Program-made: the position numbers and the translations under genes
Shown: in pieces, positions 9,330-19,220 of the stretch
Layout of the letters: each line of letters opens with the position of its first letter
How positions within the stretch are numbered: the first letter of the stretch is position 1
Assembly (NCBI GenBank): GCA_003141525.1
Contig: PLML01000107.1
Location: 1 to 60,502 of the forward strand
Direction: 5' to 3'
DNA: 60,502 bases
Source of the DNA: Bacteroidales bacterium
Lineage (GTDB): Bacteria > Bacteroidota > Bacteroidia > Bacteroidales > VadinHA17
The notes under the pieces: generated by a model
Database searches by the model: none
Told to the model about the DNA's origin: nothing
The model's input: only the letters and a program-made list of their open reading frames with translations

Positions 9330-10298
9330 ATGAAATTTTTAATTGCAGGGCTTGGATCCATAGGATGTCGGCATCTAAGAAATTTGATATCGCTTGGGGA
9401 AAGAGATATAATCCTTTATCGCAGTAAATTAAGCAACTTAGTTAATAATGAATTCAAAGAATTCCTCGTTGAGACGAACATTAATTTAGCACTTGAGCAT
9501 AAACCGGATGCGGTAATAATATCAAATCCTACTTCATTACATCTTGATGTGGCTATCCCTGCTGCAGAAGCCGGGTGTCATATTTTACTTGAAAAACCAA
9601 TATCTAATTCATTGGAACGCATTAATGATCTTAAGTTAGCTTTGCAGAGAGGCGGCAGTAAAATTTTAGTTGGATTCCAATACAGATTTCATCCTACACT
9701 CAAAATTGCAGCTCGTATTCTTTCTAACGGAGACATTGGAAATCCAGTTTCAGCACGAGCTCATTGGGGTGAATATTTGCCTGACTGGCATACGTTGGAA
9801 GATTTCCATAATAGCTATTCTGCGCGTGTGGATTTAGGAGGGGGAGTTGTTCTAACTCTCTGTCATCCTATTGATTACTTAAGTTGGCTACTGGGAAAGC
9901 CTAAATTTATTTGAGCAGAGATGGGTAATATGGGAGAATTGGGAATACAAGTAGAGGATATAGCAGAGATTGTACTGCGTTTTCCAAATGGAGCTCTCGG
10001 TAGCATTCATCTTGATTATATACAGAGACCTGCAAGTCATCACTTCGAAATTATTGGAACCAAGGGTACTCTTAGATGGGATAACGTTAGCGGCATATTA
10101 TCTATCTATCGACACAATAATTCAGATTGGGAACATTTTATTCCTCCCGAAGGGTTTGAACGGAATTGGATGTTCATGGATGAAATACGACATTTTGTTT
10201 CAATTATACGATCTGAAGTTCCTCCTTTATATACACTTGATGATGGAATAAATGCTCTTGAAATCGCTATTCATTCGCTATCCTTTAATAGTCAGTGA
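9330..10298 (+). pseudogene. Gfo/Idh/MocA oxidoreductase interrupted by an in-frame TGA at 9912-9914
   Basis: GLGSIG, LEKP, GGGVVLTLCHPID; ORFs 9330-9914 and 9921-10298 are in the same frame (att tga gca gag atg). Confidence 0.8.
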
Positions 10299-10383
10299 TT
10301 AATAAGATGATAGAGCATATTTTCAAGAAGGTTTATACATAAAATTTAAAAAGAGATATAAAAATTATTTACGGGGGAAAAGC

Positions 10384-11586
10384 ATGATAAAACATAATAA
10401 TAAAAACCAGTATATTAAAAACCTTAGGGAACTTTTAAGTGAAGATTTAGATTCTGTGATTAAAAGAGAACAATCGACATTTGATAATCTGGTGTATCCA
10501 TATAATGATAGATTAGTTCTTTTTGGTGCAGGAGGGTTAGGCAAGAAAGTACTACAAGGTCTGCGTCAAATCGGAACGGAACCGTTAGCGTTTGTTGACA
10601 ATAATCCATCTTTTTGGCAAGAAAAAATAGACGGTCTTGTCGTATTTGATCCAAAAACTGCGTCCCTAAGATATGGTAAAGATTCGGTATTTATAGTCAC
10701 CATTTGGAGAGCTGGAGGAGATCATCGACTTGCTAAAACGCAGAAACAATTATATGATTTAGGCTGCAAAAAGGTCATATCTTTTGCTTCGTTGTTTTGG
10801 AAATTCCCTGATATTTTTTTACCTTATTATACAATAGGTCTTCCTCACTTGTTAATTATGCAAAGTAGCCAGATACTGAGTGCATTTAATTTGTTAGAGG
10901 ATGACAATTCACGCTTCGAATTTATCGCCCAATTACGTTGGCGTTTGCATTTGGATTTTGATGGGCTACCGTCCCCAGTAACTCACGATCAATATTTTCC
11001 TGACGATTTGTTTACATTAATTTCAGACGAGGTATTTGTTGATTGCGGGTCTTTCGATGGCGATTCTATTCGGAGTTTTTACCAGAAAAAACAAGTTTTT
11101 AATGGGAAAATATTTGCAATTGAACCCGATCCACAAAACATTAAAAAATTAGAAATGTACTTAACTTCGCTTGACAAATCTTTTAAAGATAGTGTTTCCA
11201 TTATTCCGAAGGTAGTAGGTAGAAAACATGAAATACTACGTTTCTCGGCTAATGGGTCTGCTTCTTCTGTAATTGATCCTGAAGGAATAATCGAAGTTGA
11301 ATGTTCTCCAATAGATGATATAGTTGGCCATATAAATCCCACTTTTATAAAAATGGATATCGAAGGTGCTGAGTTAGATGCCTTGTATGGTGCCACCAAA
11401 TCGATTAGGAATTCGCTACCAATTTTGGCGATAAGTGTTTATCATCTTCCAGATCATTTATGGCGTATTCCTTTGTTTATTAATTCAGTTACTGATCAAT
11501 ATCATTACTTCCTACGTCCACATAACGAAGAAGGTTGGGATTTAGTTTTATATGCTATCCCAAACGAGCGATTACTAAAAAGCTGA
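10384..11586 (+). CDS. FkbM-family methyltransferase with N-terminal Rossmann-like domain
   Basis: LFGAGGLG; FVDCGSFDGD, IEPD, FIKMDIEGAE, ISVYH. Confidence 0.85.
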   Translation: MIKHNNKNQYIKNLRELLSEDLDSVIKREQSTFDNLVYPYNDRLVLFGAGGLGKKVLQGLRQIGTEPLAFVDNNPSFWQEKIDGLVVFDPKTASLRYGKDSVFIVTIWRAGGDHRLAKTQKQLYDLGCKKVISFASLFWKFPDIFLPYYTIGLPHLLIMQSSQILSAFNLLEDDNSRFEFIAQLRWRLHLDFDGLPSPVTHDQYFPDDLFTLISDEVFVDCGSFDGDSIRSFYQKKQVFNGKIFAIEPDPQNIKKLEMYLTSLDKSFKDSVSIIPKVVGRKHEILRFSANGSASSVIDPEGIIEVECSPIDDIVGHINPTFIKMDIEGAELDALYGATKSIRNSLPILAISVYHLPDHLWRIPLFINSVTDQYHYFLRPHNEEGWDLVLYAIPNERLLKS

Positions 11587-11658
11587 CTTGTGTTAAGCTG
11601 TTTAGGATATTACTTAGTATTATTTTATGATTTCAATTTAAAACTCTTATAAATACTT

Positions 11659-12464
11659 ATGGACAAATTATTCTCTTTAAAGCATAAAATTGCTGTTGTA
11701 ACTGGAGCTTTGGGACTTATAGGCAAAAACCACTGCTTAGCATTAAATAATGCTGGAGCTTCAGTAGTAGTAGCAGACTTGGATGAACAAAAATGCATCG
11801 ATTTTGCCAATAAATATCTTCATAATTCTACTGGAGTTTATCTCGATGTAACAAAAAAGGAATCAGTTATAAATTTAATGGATAAGGTTCTAAGCATATA
11901 TCAAAAAATAGACATACTCATTAATAATGCAGCTATTAATGATATGTTCGAAGATCCTAAAGTGGCTACTGAACAATCCAAATTTGAAAATTATCCTATT
12001 GAATTATGGCAAAGATCAATCGACGTGAACCTTACTGGAGTTTTTTTATGTTCACAGGTAATTGGAAGTGAAATGGTAAGGCAAAAAAGCGGAAGTATTA
12101 TCAATATAGCTTCTACTTATGGAATAACTGCTCCTGATCAATCAATATATATAGATGAATTTGGAAATCAATCTTTTTTTAAACCTCCTGCTTATTCAAT
12201 ACTAAAGGAGGAGTTATCATGCTAACCAAATTCTTGGCATCTTATTGGGGCAAAACAGGAGTCAGAGTAAACACCTTAACTCCCGGTGGTGTTAAAAATG
12301 CTCAAAATGATTTTTTTGTTAGTAATTACTCGAAAAGAACTCCATTAGGAAGAATGGCAGAACCGAGCGATTATCAAGGTGCAGTCATCTTTTTAGCTAG
12401 TGATGCGTCAGCTTACATGACAGGTGCAAATCTTATTGTAGATGGTGGTTGGACATGTTGGTAA
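11659..12464 (+). pseudogene. SDR oxidoreductase split by a 1-nt frameshift at about 12199-12200
   Basis: TGALGLIG, NNAA, NIAS; tat tca at act aaa gga gga reads YS(x)TKGG if one base is restored; continues [13 protein letters not shown]. Confidence 0.85.
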
Positions 12465-12553
12465 TTATTGAAATGATGAGGATTCTTATCGCTTGATTTC
12501 TCCATCGTTATACTAATGCATTATACTGTTCTAATATTTATAGCCATTCTGGT

Positions 12554-13417
12554 TTGAAAATTTTAATAACAGGGGGATCCGGTTTTATCGGTAAAAATCT
12601 GATAGAACAGTTGAACCATAAATATGCAGTATTTGCTCCTAGTAGTAGAGACTTGGACTTATTAGATGAAGAAGCTGTTTTAACTTTTCTTGATCAAATT
12701 CATTTTGATGTGGTAATTCACTCAGCAACCTGGAATGCTACACTGACATCTTCCAAGGATTCCTCCCTTGTTTTATATAATAATTTGAGAATGTTTTTTA
12801 ATCTAGCACGGGGAGCAAACCTTTACAAGAAAATGATCTATTTCGGATCTGGTGCTGAGTTCGATTTAAATCATTGGGTACCTAAAATGAGTGAAATATA
12901 TTTCGACTCATTCGTTCCTCATGATCAATATGGATTCTCTAAATATATTATGAATAAATACTCTGAAAAAGAAGCTAATATATATAATTTAAGACTTTTT
13001 GCTGTTTACGGTAAATATGAGGATTGGCAGATAAGATTTATCTCACAAAGTTGCTGTCGTGTAATTAAAAATATTCCCATTTCAATTAAGAAGAATGTAG
13101 TTTTTGATTACACACACATTGATGATATCATAAAAATCACCGATTGGTTCATTAATAATACTCCAAAATCTAAAACTTATAATATCTGTTCAGGAACGAC
13201 TTATAGTTTGATTGAATTAGCTCAAAAAGTACTTTCAATTGAAGGAAAGAAACTGGATATTCATATTGAAAACAAAGGAATGGGAAGAGAATATAGCGGT
13301 GACAATTCAAAACTCCTTGATGAAATAGGAAATTATTCTTTTAGAAATATTGATGTCTGTATTCATGAGTTATATAGTTGGTATTCAAATCAATTTATTG
13401 ATTCATGTAAACTTTAA
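12554..13417 (+). CDS. NAD-dependent epimerase/dehydratase/reductase (TTG start)
   Basis: TGGSGFIG, GSGAE, YGFSK. Confidence 0.85.
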   Translation: MKILITGGSGFIGKNLIEQLNHKYAVFAPSSRDLDLLDEEAVLTFLDQIHFDVVIHSATWNATLTSSKDSSLVLYNNLRMFFNLARGANLYKKMIYFGSGAEFDLNHWVPKMSEIYFDSFVPHDQYGFSKYIMNKYSEKEANIYNLRLFAVYGKYEDWQIRFISQSCCRVIKNIPISIKKNVVFDYTHIDDIIKITDWFINNTPKSKTYNICSGTTYSLIELAQKVLSIEGKKLDIHIENKGMGREYSGDNSKLLDEIGNYSFRNIDVCIHELYSWYSNQFIDSCKL

Positions 13418-13455
13418 ATATAAAATCTTTTACTTCCATTTATAATTTCAAATTT

Positions 13456-14655
13456 ATGAACTTAACTTATCAAAAGGAAGGACGGAATTGTCCTGTTTGT
13501 AGAAGTGAAGAAAGTCAATTATTGTTTCGAACTAGATTCTCCAAAATTTCTGACAACTATCTTCTTGACTCATATGATGTAGTGGCTTGTAAAACGTGCG
13601 GGTTTTGTTTTGCAGATCAAATTCCAAATCAAGGAGTATTTGATAAATATTATAAGAATATGTCAAAATATGAGGAGTCAAAATCACTTTCCATGGATTC
13701 TCAGTATGATGTAAAACGATTCAATCAAATTGTAGAATTCATAAATTCAAATATTAAAGATAAGAACTCTCGCATAGTAGAAATTGGTTGTGCAACTGGT
13801 TTACTATTATCTCTTTTAAAAAAGAAAGGATTTAATAATCTTTTAGGAATAGACCCCTCTCCTTCTTGTGTCGAAACAATACGTAACAAGTATGGCATAC
13901 CGTCTCTATTAGGTACAATCACCGATTTGTCATCAATAAAAGCCGAATCTGTTGATTTAGTAATTTTAGTCGGAGTACTTGAGCATATAAGAGACTTGAA
14001 TTTAGCTCTCATGGAGATTAGAAATGTACTGAGATCTGATGGTAAAATTTGTATTGTAGTGCCTGACGCTTCTCAGTATCTAAATGGGAATGATGCTCCA
14101 TTCCAAGAGTTTAGTGTTGAACATATAAACTACTTTGGCCCAGGATCACTTATAAATTTGATGATCAGTCAAAATTTTTCAAAAGTAGTTATTGACCAAC
14201 AAGTGTTTGAAGTTAATTTTAACACGTTTACTCCAGTTATTTTGAACCTATTTAAAAAGAGTAAAGAAAAAGAGAAACAATTTAAATATGATATGGGGAC
14301 TGTCACGAACTTCAAAGAATATATCATTAATTGTTACGAGCGAGAAAAATCTATTCACGACAAAATTGAAAAGATAAATATTGATAAGAAACCTTTGATA
14401 ATTTGGGGTACCGGAGCTCAGACACTAAGATTACTTGCAAATAGTGATCTCTCTAAGGCAAATATCATTGCATTTGTAGATTCAAATCCAAAATATCATG
14501 GAAAGAAGTTGAATGATATTTCTATAATAAGTCCGGAGGAACTAAAGAATATGAAGGAAACAATACTAATTTCCACAAGAGCATATCAAAATGAAATTGA
14601 GGACCAAATAAGGCAGGTTCTTAAATTAAAGAATACGATAATTAAGTTATATTAA
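13456..14655 (+). CDS. Class I SAM-dependent methyltransferase with N-terminal Zn-binding Cys motifs (sugar methyltransferase-like)
   Basis: CPVC..CKTC, EIGCATG, VLEH, C-terminal IWGTG..VDSN. Confidence 0.8.
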   Translation: MNLTYQKEGRNCPVCRSEESQLLFRTRFSKISDNYLLDSYDVVACKTCGFCFADQIPNQGVFDKYYKNMSKYEESKSLSMDSQYDVKRFNQIVEFINSNIKDKNSRIVEIGCATGLLLSLLKKKGFNNLLGIDPSPSCVETIRNKYGIPSLLGTITDLSSIKAESVDLVILVGVLEHIRDLNLALMEIRNVLRSDGKICIVVPDASQYLNGNDAPFQEFSVEHINYFGPGSLINLMISQNFSKVVIDQQVFEVNFNTFTPVILNLFKKSKEKEKQFKYDMGTVTNFKEYIINCYEREKSIHDKIEKINIDKKPLIIWGTGAQTLRLLANSDLSKANIIAFVDSNPKYHGKKLNDISIISPEELKNMKETILISTRAYQNEIEDQIRQVLKLKNTIIKLY

Positions 14656-14675
14656 CAATATTTTCATAATATTCG

Positions 14676-15998
14676 ATGAACAAATCAGATGAAATTAGAA
14701 AAAGTATTCATGAGTTAACCAGGGAATATTTTCAGACTAAATTTGAGAGCCAGCCATTTATTCCGGGTAAAACTAAAGTTAATTATGCTGGCCGGATTTT
14801 CGACGAAATGGAGTTAATAAATCTTGTAGATTCATCTCTTGATTTTTGGCTTACAGAAGGTCGCTACTCTGAGCAATTTAGTGAAAAAATAGCTGATTTT
14901 TTAGGTGTTGAATATGTACTTCTCACAAATTCAGGTTCTTCAGCCAATCTTCTATCTTTTGCTGCTCTCACATCGGAAAAATTGGGAGAAAAGCGTCTGA
15001 AACCGGGAGATGAGGTTATTTCAGTTGCAGCAGGATTTCCTGCAACAGTCACTCCAATTATTCAATATGGTATGGTGCCAGTCTTTGTTGATGTACAGAT
15101 TCCTACCTATAACATCGATATCGAAATGCTAAAAAAAGGAATTTCTGCAAAAACAAGGTGTATTTTCATTGCTCATACTCTGGGCAACCCATTTGATTTA
15201 GATGAAGTGTTGAAAATTGCCAACGAACACAATTTGTGGATAATTGAAGACAATTGTGATTCTTTTGGGAGTAAATACAATGGCAAATATACTGGTACCT
15301 TTGGGCATTTATCTACAATTTCATTTTATCCTGCACATCATATCACAACAGGTGAAGGTGGAGCAGTTGTAACTAACAATGCTCTTCTGGCAGGTATAGT
15401 ACGCGCCTTTCGTGATTGGGGCAGAGATTGTTATTGTGCAGGAGGTGAAAATAATACTTGTGGAAAGCGGTTTACTCAAAAATTCGGTGATCTTCCGGTT
15501 GGCTATGATCATAAATACGTATATTCCGAAGTTGGCTACAACCTTAAAATGACAGAGATGCAGGCAGCTGTTGGTGTAGCTCAAATGGATAAATTAGAAT
15601 TATTTTGTGAGAAACGCATTGAGAACTTTAAAAAGCACTATAAAATATTTTCAAAATATCCGCAATACTTTATCCTCCCTGAAGCCACTTACAAAGCCGA
15701 TCCGGCGTGGTTTAGTTTTATTATTACAATTAAGAAGGATGTTCCGTTTACCAGAGATCAATTTACTAAATTTCTCGACGAACATCTTATCGAGACCCGG
15801 AATCTGTTTGCAGGTAATTTGACTAAACAACCTGCATTTATCAATAAACCATATAGAATAGCTCAAAATCTGGACACCACAGATTATATTATGAATAATA
15901 CATTCTTTATGGGAACATATCCCGGAATGGATGACTCACGATTCGATTTCATAGACTCCGTACTTGAAAAATTTATTTCCCGGTTTAATCAGAAGTAA
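14676..15998 (+). CDS. rfbH: CDP-4-keto-6-deoxyglucose 3-dehydrase (E1, RfbH/DdhC)
   Basis: NSGSSAN, EDNCD, SFYPAHHITTGEGG (His at the usual PLP-Lys position), RDCYC...NTCG Fe-S Cys, ETRNLFAGN. Confidence 0.93.
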   Translation: MNKSDEIRKSIHELTREYFQTKFESQPFIPGKTKVNYAGRIFDEMELINLVDSSLDFWLTEGRYSEQFSEKIADFLGVEYVLLTNSGSSANLLSFAALTSEKLGEKRLKPGDEVISVAAGFPATVTPIIQYGMVPVFVDVQIPTYNIDIEMLKKGISAKTRCIFIAHTLGNPFDLDEVLKIANEHNLWIIEDNCDSFGSKYNGKYTGTFGHLSTISFYPAHHITTGEGGAVVTNNALLAGIVRAFRDWGRDCYCAGGENNTCGKRFTQKFGDLPVGYDHKYVYSEVGYNLKMTEMQAAVGVAQMDKLELFCEKRIENFKKHYKIFSKYPQYFILPEATYKADPAWFSFIITIKKDVPFTRDQFTKFLDEHLIETRNLFAGNLTKQPAFINKPYRIAQNLDTTDYIMNNTFFMGTYPGMDDSRFDFIDSVLEKFISRFNQK

Positions 15999-16041
15999 AA
16001 TTGGAAAATAGTCTCAGAGCTGAATTTGTGTAACTGGATTC

Positions 16042-16989
16042 ATGAAGATAATAAAGATTATTGAAAAAATTATCTTGATATTAATAATTTGTCTTTACTC
16101 CTGTGAGAGAGCTTCGCTTGATACAGAGTATATTACAAAGAATGTTATCATTATAGTTATTGATGGTCCAAGATATTCCGAAACCTGGGGTGATTCGAGC
16201 TTTTCCAATATTCCCCAAATGAAAAAAATTTCAGAATTTGGTGTCTTGTATACTAACTTTTATAACAATGGAGCTACGTACACAATACCTGGTTATACCT
16301 CTATAACGACTGGTAATAATGAGGAAATAAATGACTTAGGTCTTGAAAAACCGGAATTTCCCTCAGTTTTTCAGTATTGCAATAAAAAATACTCAGGAAA
16401 TTTTCCTGTATCAAGCATATTTGCCAGCAAGTACAAAATCTCAGTAGTTTCTGATTGTCTCGATTCATCCTATTCTGGTTTCTATAAGCCATTTTGTGAT
16501 TGTGGTGTTAATGGAATAGGAGTTGGAAATGGCTACCGTGATGACAGTATTACTATCAGAAAAACACTGACATCTCTAGATGAAGAACATCCCAGATTAA
16601 TTCTCATAGGTTTCGGGGAACCTGATTATTCAGCTCATAATAAAAACTGGCAGGAATATATTGATGCTATTAAAAATACTGATAGTTATGTTTATCAGGT
16701 TTGGAATTTCATTGAAAAGGACAAATATTACAAAGGAACAACTGCAATTTTTATTACAAACGACCACGGACGGCACCTGGATAATGTGAAAGATGGATAT
16801 GTATCTCATGGAGACACCTGTGACGGTTGCCGGCATATAAGTCTACTGGCTTTTGGTCCGGATTTTAAAAAAGGAGAAGTAATAAAGATTAATCGTGAAC
16901 TTATAGATATTCCTGCTACAATTGCTATGGTTTTAAAATTTCATATGCCCACAGGACATGGGAATATAATGAGTGAGCTGTTTAAATAA
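16042..16989 (+). CDS. Alkaline-phosphatase-superfamily metalloenzyme, probable lipoprotein
   Basis: Hydrophobic N-terminus ending LYSC; IVIDG, TIPG..S..TG, PDYSAH, TNDHG metal ligands. Confidence 0.7.
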   Translation: MKIIKIIEKIILILIICLYSCERASLDTEYITKNVIIIVIDGPRYSETWGDSSFSNIPQMKKISEFGVLYTNFYNNGATYTIPGYTSITTGNNEEINDLGLEKPEFPSVFQYCNKKYSGNFPVSSIFASKYKISVVSDCLDSSYSGFYKPFCDCGVNGIGVGNGYRDDSITIRKTLTSLDEEHPRLILIGFGEPDYSAHNKNWQEYIDAIKNTDSYVYQVWNFIEKDKYYKGTTAIFITNDHGRHLDNVKDGYVSHGDTCDGCRHISLLAFGPDFKKGEVIKINRELIDIPATIAMVLKFHMPTGHGNIMSELFK

Positions 16990-16998
16990 TAATAATAT

Positions 16999-17688
16999 AT
17001 GTCACTTCCTAAAAAATACAAAGCGGAGGTTATTTCAGTTGTAAATCCTATAGACAAAATATATATAATAGAATTAAAGTCTGATTCAGGCGCATTTAAA
17101 TATCGTCCTGGACAATTTTTGCATCTTGCTTTAGATGAATATGATCCAAGTTCGGGATGGCCAGAGTCACGTTGTTATTCTATGCAGACATCTCCTGTTA
17201 ACGAATTCATTAAAATTACCTTTTCTGTGAAGGGGAAATTCACAACAAGAATGGCTGATGAACTAAAACAGGGGAAGATTATAGATTTAAAACTTCCTTA
17301 TGGAGACTTTTTTCAACAAGATCATTCAAAAGAAAATGTGGTATTTATTGCAGGAGGAACTGGAATTACTCCATTTTTGTCTCTGTTTAACGATCCTTCT
17401 TTTATAGAATATTCAAGTCCTAAATTATATTTTGGCGTCAGAGAAAAAGGATATAATATTTACACTGAGTTTCTGAATCTAGCCATGGAAATTAATCCTG
17501 GATTACATATAGATATCAGATATCAGGACAAAAGTGGATTTCTGGATTTAGATCAGATTTTTTACGAAAACAAGGAAGATTCCACCTACTTTATTTCGGG
17601 ACCACAGACAATGATCTCAGTATTCAAATCACGTTTAATCTCATTAGGATTAACAGAAGTAAATGTTAAAACTGATGATTGGGAATAA
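16999..17688 (+). CDS. FAD/NAD(P)-binding ferredoxin-reductase-like protein (E3/RfbI-like, no 2Fe-2S domain)
   Basis: PGQF, RCYS, PYG, AGGTGITP, SGP. Confidence 0.8.
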   Translation: MSLPKKYKAEVISVVNPIDKIYIIELKSDSGAFKYRPGQFLHLALDEYDPSSGWPESRCYSMQTSPVNEFIKITFSVKGKFTTRMADELKQGKIIDLKLPYGDFFQQDHSKENVVFIAGGTGITPFLSLFNDPSFIEYSSPKLYFGVREKGYNIYTEFLNLAMEINPGLHIDIRYQDKSGFLDLDQIFYENKEDSTYFISGPQTMISVFKSRLISLGLTEVNVKTDDWE

Positions 17689-17723
17689 TATTTTAGAAAT
17701 AATTTTAAAAGGAAGGAATTACT

Positions 17724-19091
17724 TTGATTGAGCTTGTTATAAGAATTCTAAAAAAGTTTGGTGTTGATAGGGCTATCTTTTACACATCTGCGTCAAGAAT
17801 ACTTCAGGCATTCACCGGAGTTATTACAATATTTTTTGTAGCGCGATTCCTTTCAGGGGTAGAACAGGGATTTTACTACACTTTTGGTAGTATACTTGCA
17901 ATCCAGATATTTTTCGAATTAGGATTAAACGGAATTATTACTCAGTATGTTGCTCATGAAGTGTCTCATCTCCAATGGGATTCGAATGCAAGGCTGAGTG
18001 GTTCGCCGTCTCATTTGTCCCGGCTGTCTTCATTACTACATCTCTCTGTAAAGTGGTATTCAATAATAGGAGGAATCCTTCTCTTGATATTACTTATATC
18101 TGGTTTTGTTTTTTTTAGAAGATATGATACATCCGGAGGAGCAGTTATCTGGAATGTTCCATGGATAATCCTTTCATTTTCAACAACTCTTGCATTTCTT
18201 ATAAACCCGATTCTTGCTTTTATAGAAGGTCTCGGAAAAGTAAAGGAAGTTGCAAAGATGAGATTGACACAACAGATTCTGACTACTTTTCTGATATGGA
18301 TTTGTTTAATCTCAGGAGTGAAGCTCTATGCAAGTGGCCTGAGTAATGTATTTGGTCTTTTGTTGTTATTGAATCTTCTTTTCTTCAATAAATACTGGTA
18401 CATATTCGTAAATATATGGAGATCATTAGGTAAGGAAAAGGTTGGTTATAAGCAGGAAATTTTTCCCTACCAGTGGAAAATTGCTCTTAGTTGGGTAAGC
18501 GGATATTTTATTTTTCAGTTGTTTAATCCGGTCCTTTTTGCTACCGATGGTGCCATTGTGGCTGGTCAGATGGGGATGACCCTTGCTGTACTGAATGGTA
18601 TATTTAGTTTGTCCTTCAGTTGGATGTCTACCAAAGTTCCTCTTTACTCCGGGTTTATCGCTCAGAAAAAATATGACGAACTTGATCATGTATTTAATAA
18701 AACTCTTAAACAATCAAGCTTTATAAATGGATTAGGTCTAGGGGTTTTATTCTTCCTGATTTTTGGATTAAGATATTTCAATATGACCCTTGGAAATCGG
18801 TTTCTCCCATTTTTACCATTATTAATGATGATGATACCTGTGTTTTTGAATCAATTTATATCTTCATGGGCAACATACCTGAGATGCCATAAGCAGGAAC
18901 CATTTCTTATTCCATCTCTTGTCGGCGCGATTACTTGTAGTCTTTCGACAATCATTCTTGGTAAGTATTTTGGAGTTATTGGAATGACCATGGGATATTG
19001 TATCCTTACTATTTTTGGAGGTTTTATCTGGGGCTATTATATTTTTAAAACAAAAAAGAAAGAATGGCATAAAACGGTTGTTTTCTCGTAA
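17724..19091 (+). CDS. wzx: Wzx-type O-unit flippase (TTG start)
   Basis: 455 aa with about 12 hydrophobic segments; QGFYYTF..ELGL; locus context. Confidence 0.75.
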   Translation: MIELVIRILKKFGVDRAIFYTSASRILQAFTGVITIFFVARFLSGVEQGFYYTFGSILAIQIFFELGLNGIITQYVAHEVSHLQWDSNARLSGSPSHLSRLSSLLHLSVKWYSIIGGILLLILLISGFVFFRRYDTSGGAVIWNVPWIILSFSTTLAFLINPILAFIEGLGKVKEVAKMRLTQQILTTFLIWICLISGVKLYASGLSNVFGLLLLLNLLFFNKYWYIFVNIWRSLGKEKVGYKQEIFPYQWKIALSWVSGYFIFQLFNPVLFATDGAIVAGQMGMTLAVLNGIFSLSFSWMSTKVPLYSGFIAQKKYDELDHVFNKTLKQSSFINGLGLGVLFFLIFGLRYFNMTLGNRFLPFLPLLMMMIPVFLNQFISSWATYLRCHKQEPFLIPSLVGAITCSLSTIILGKYFGVIGMTMGYCILTIFGGFIWGYYIFKTKKKEWHKTVVFS

Positions 19092-19220
19092 AAAGCTAAA
19101 ATCTTAGTCGGACAACCTGGTAGTACCTCCTGTATCATAAGCTCTTGATAATGTTTGAAATTGCCGGGCATCCAACCTGCTTTGTATACCTTAAATTGAT
19201 ATGAATAACGAACCTATATT

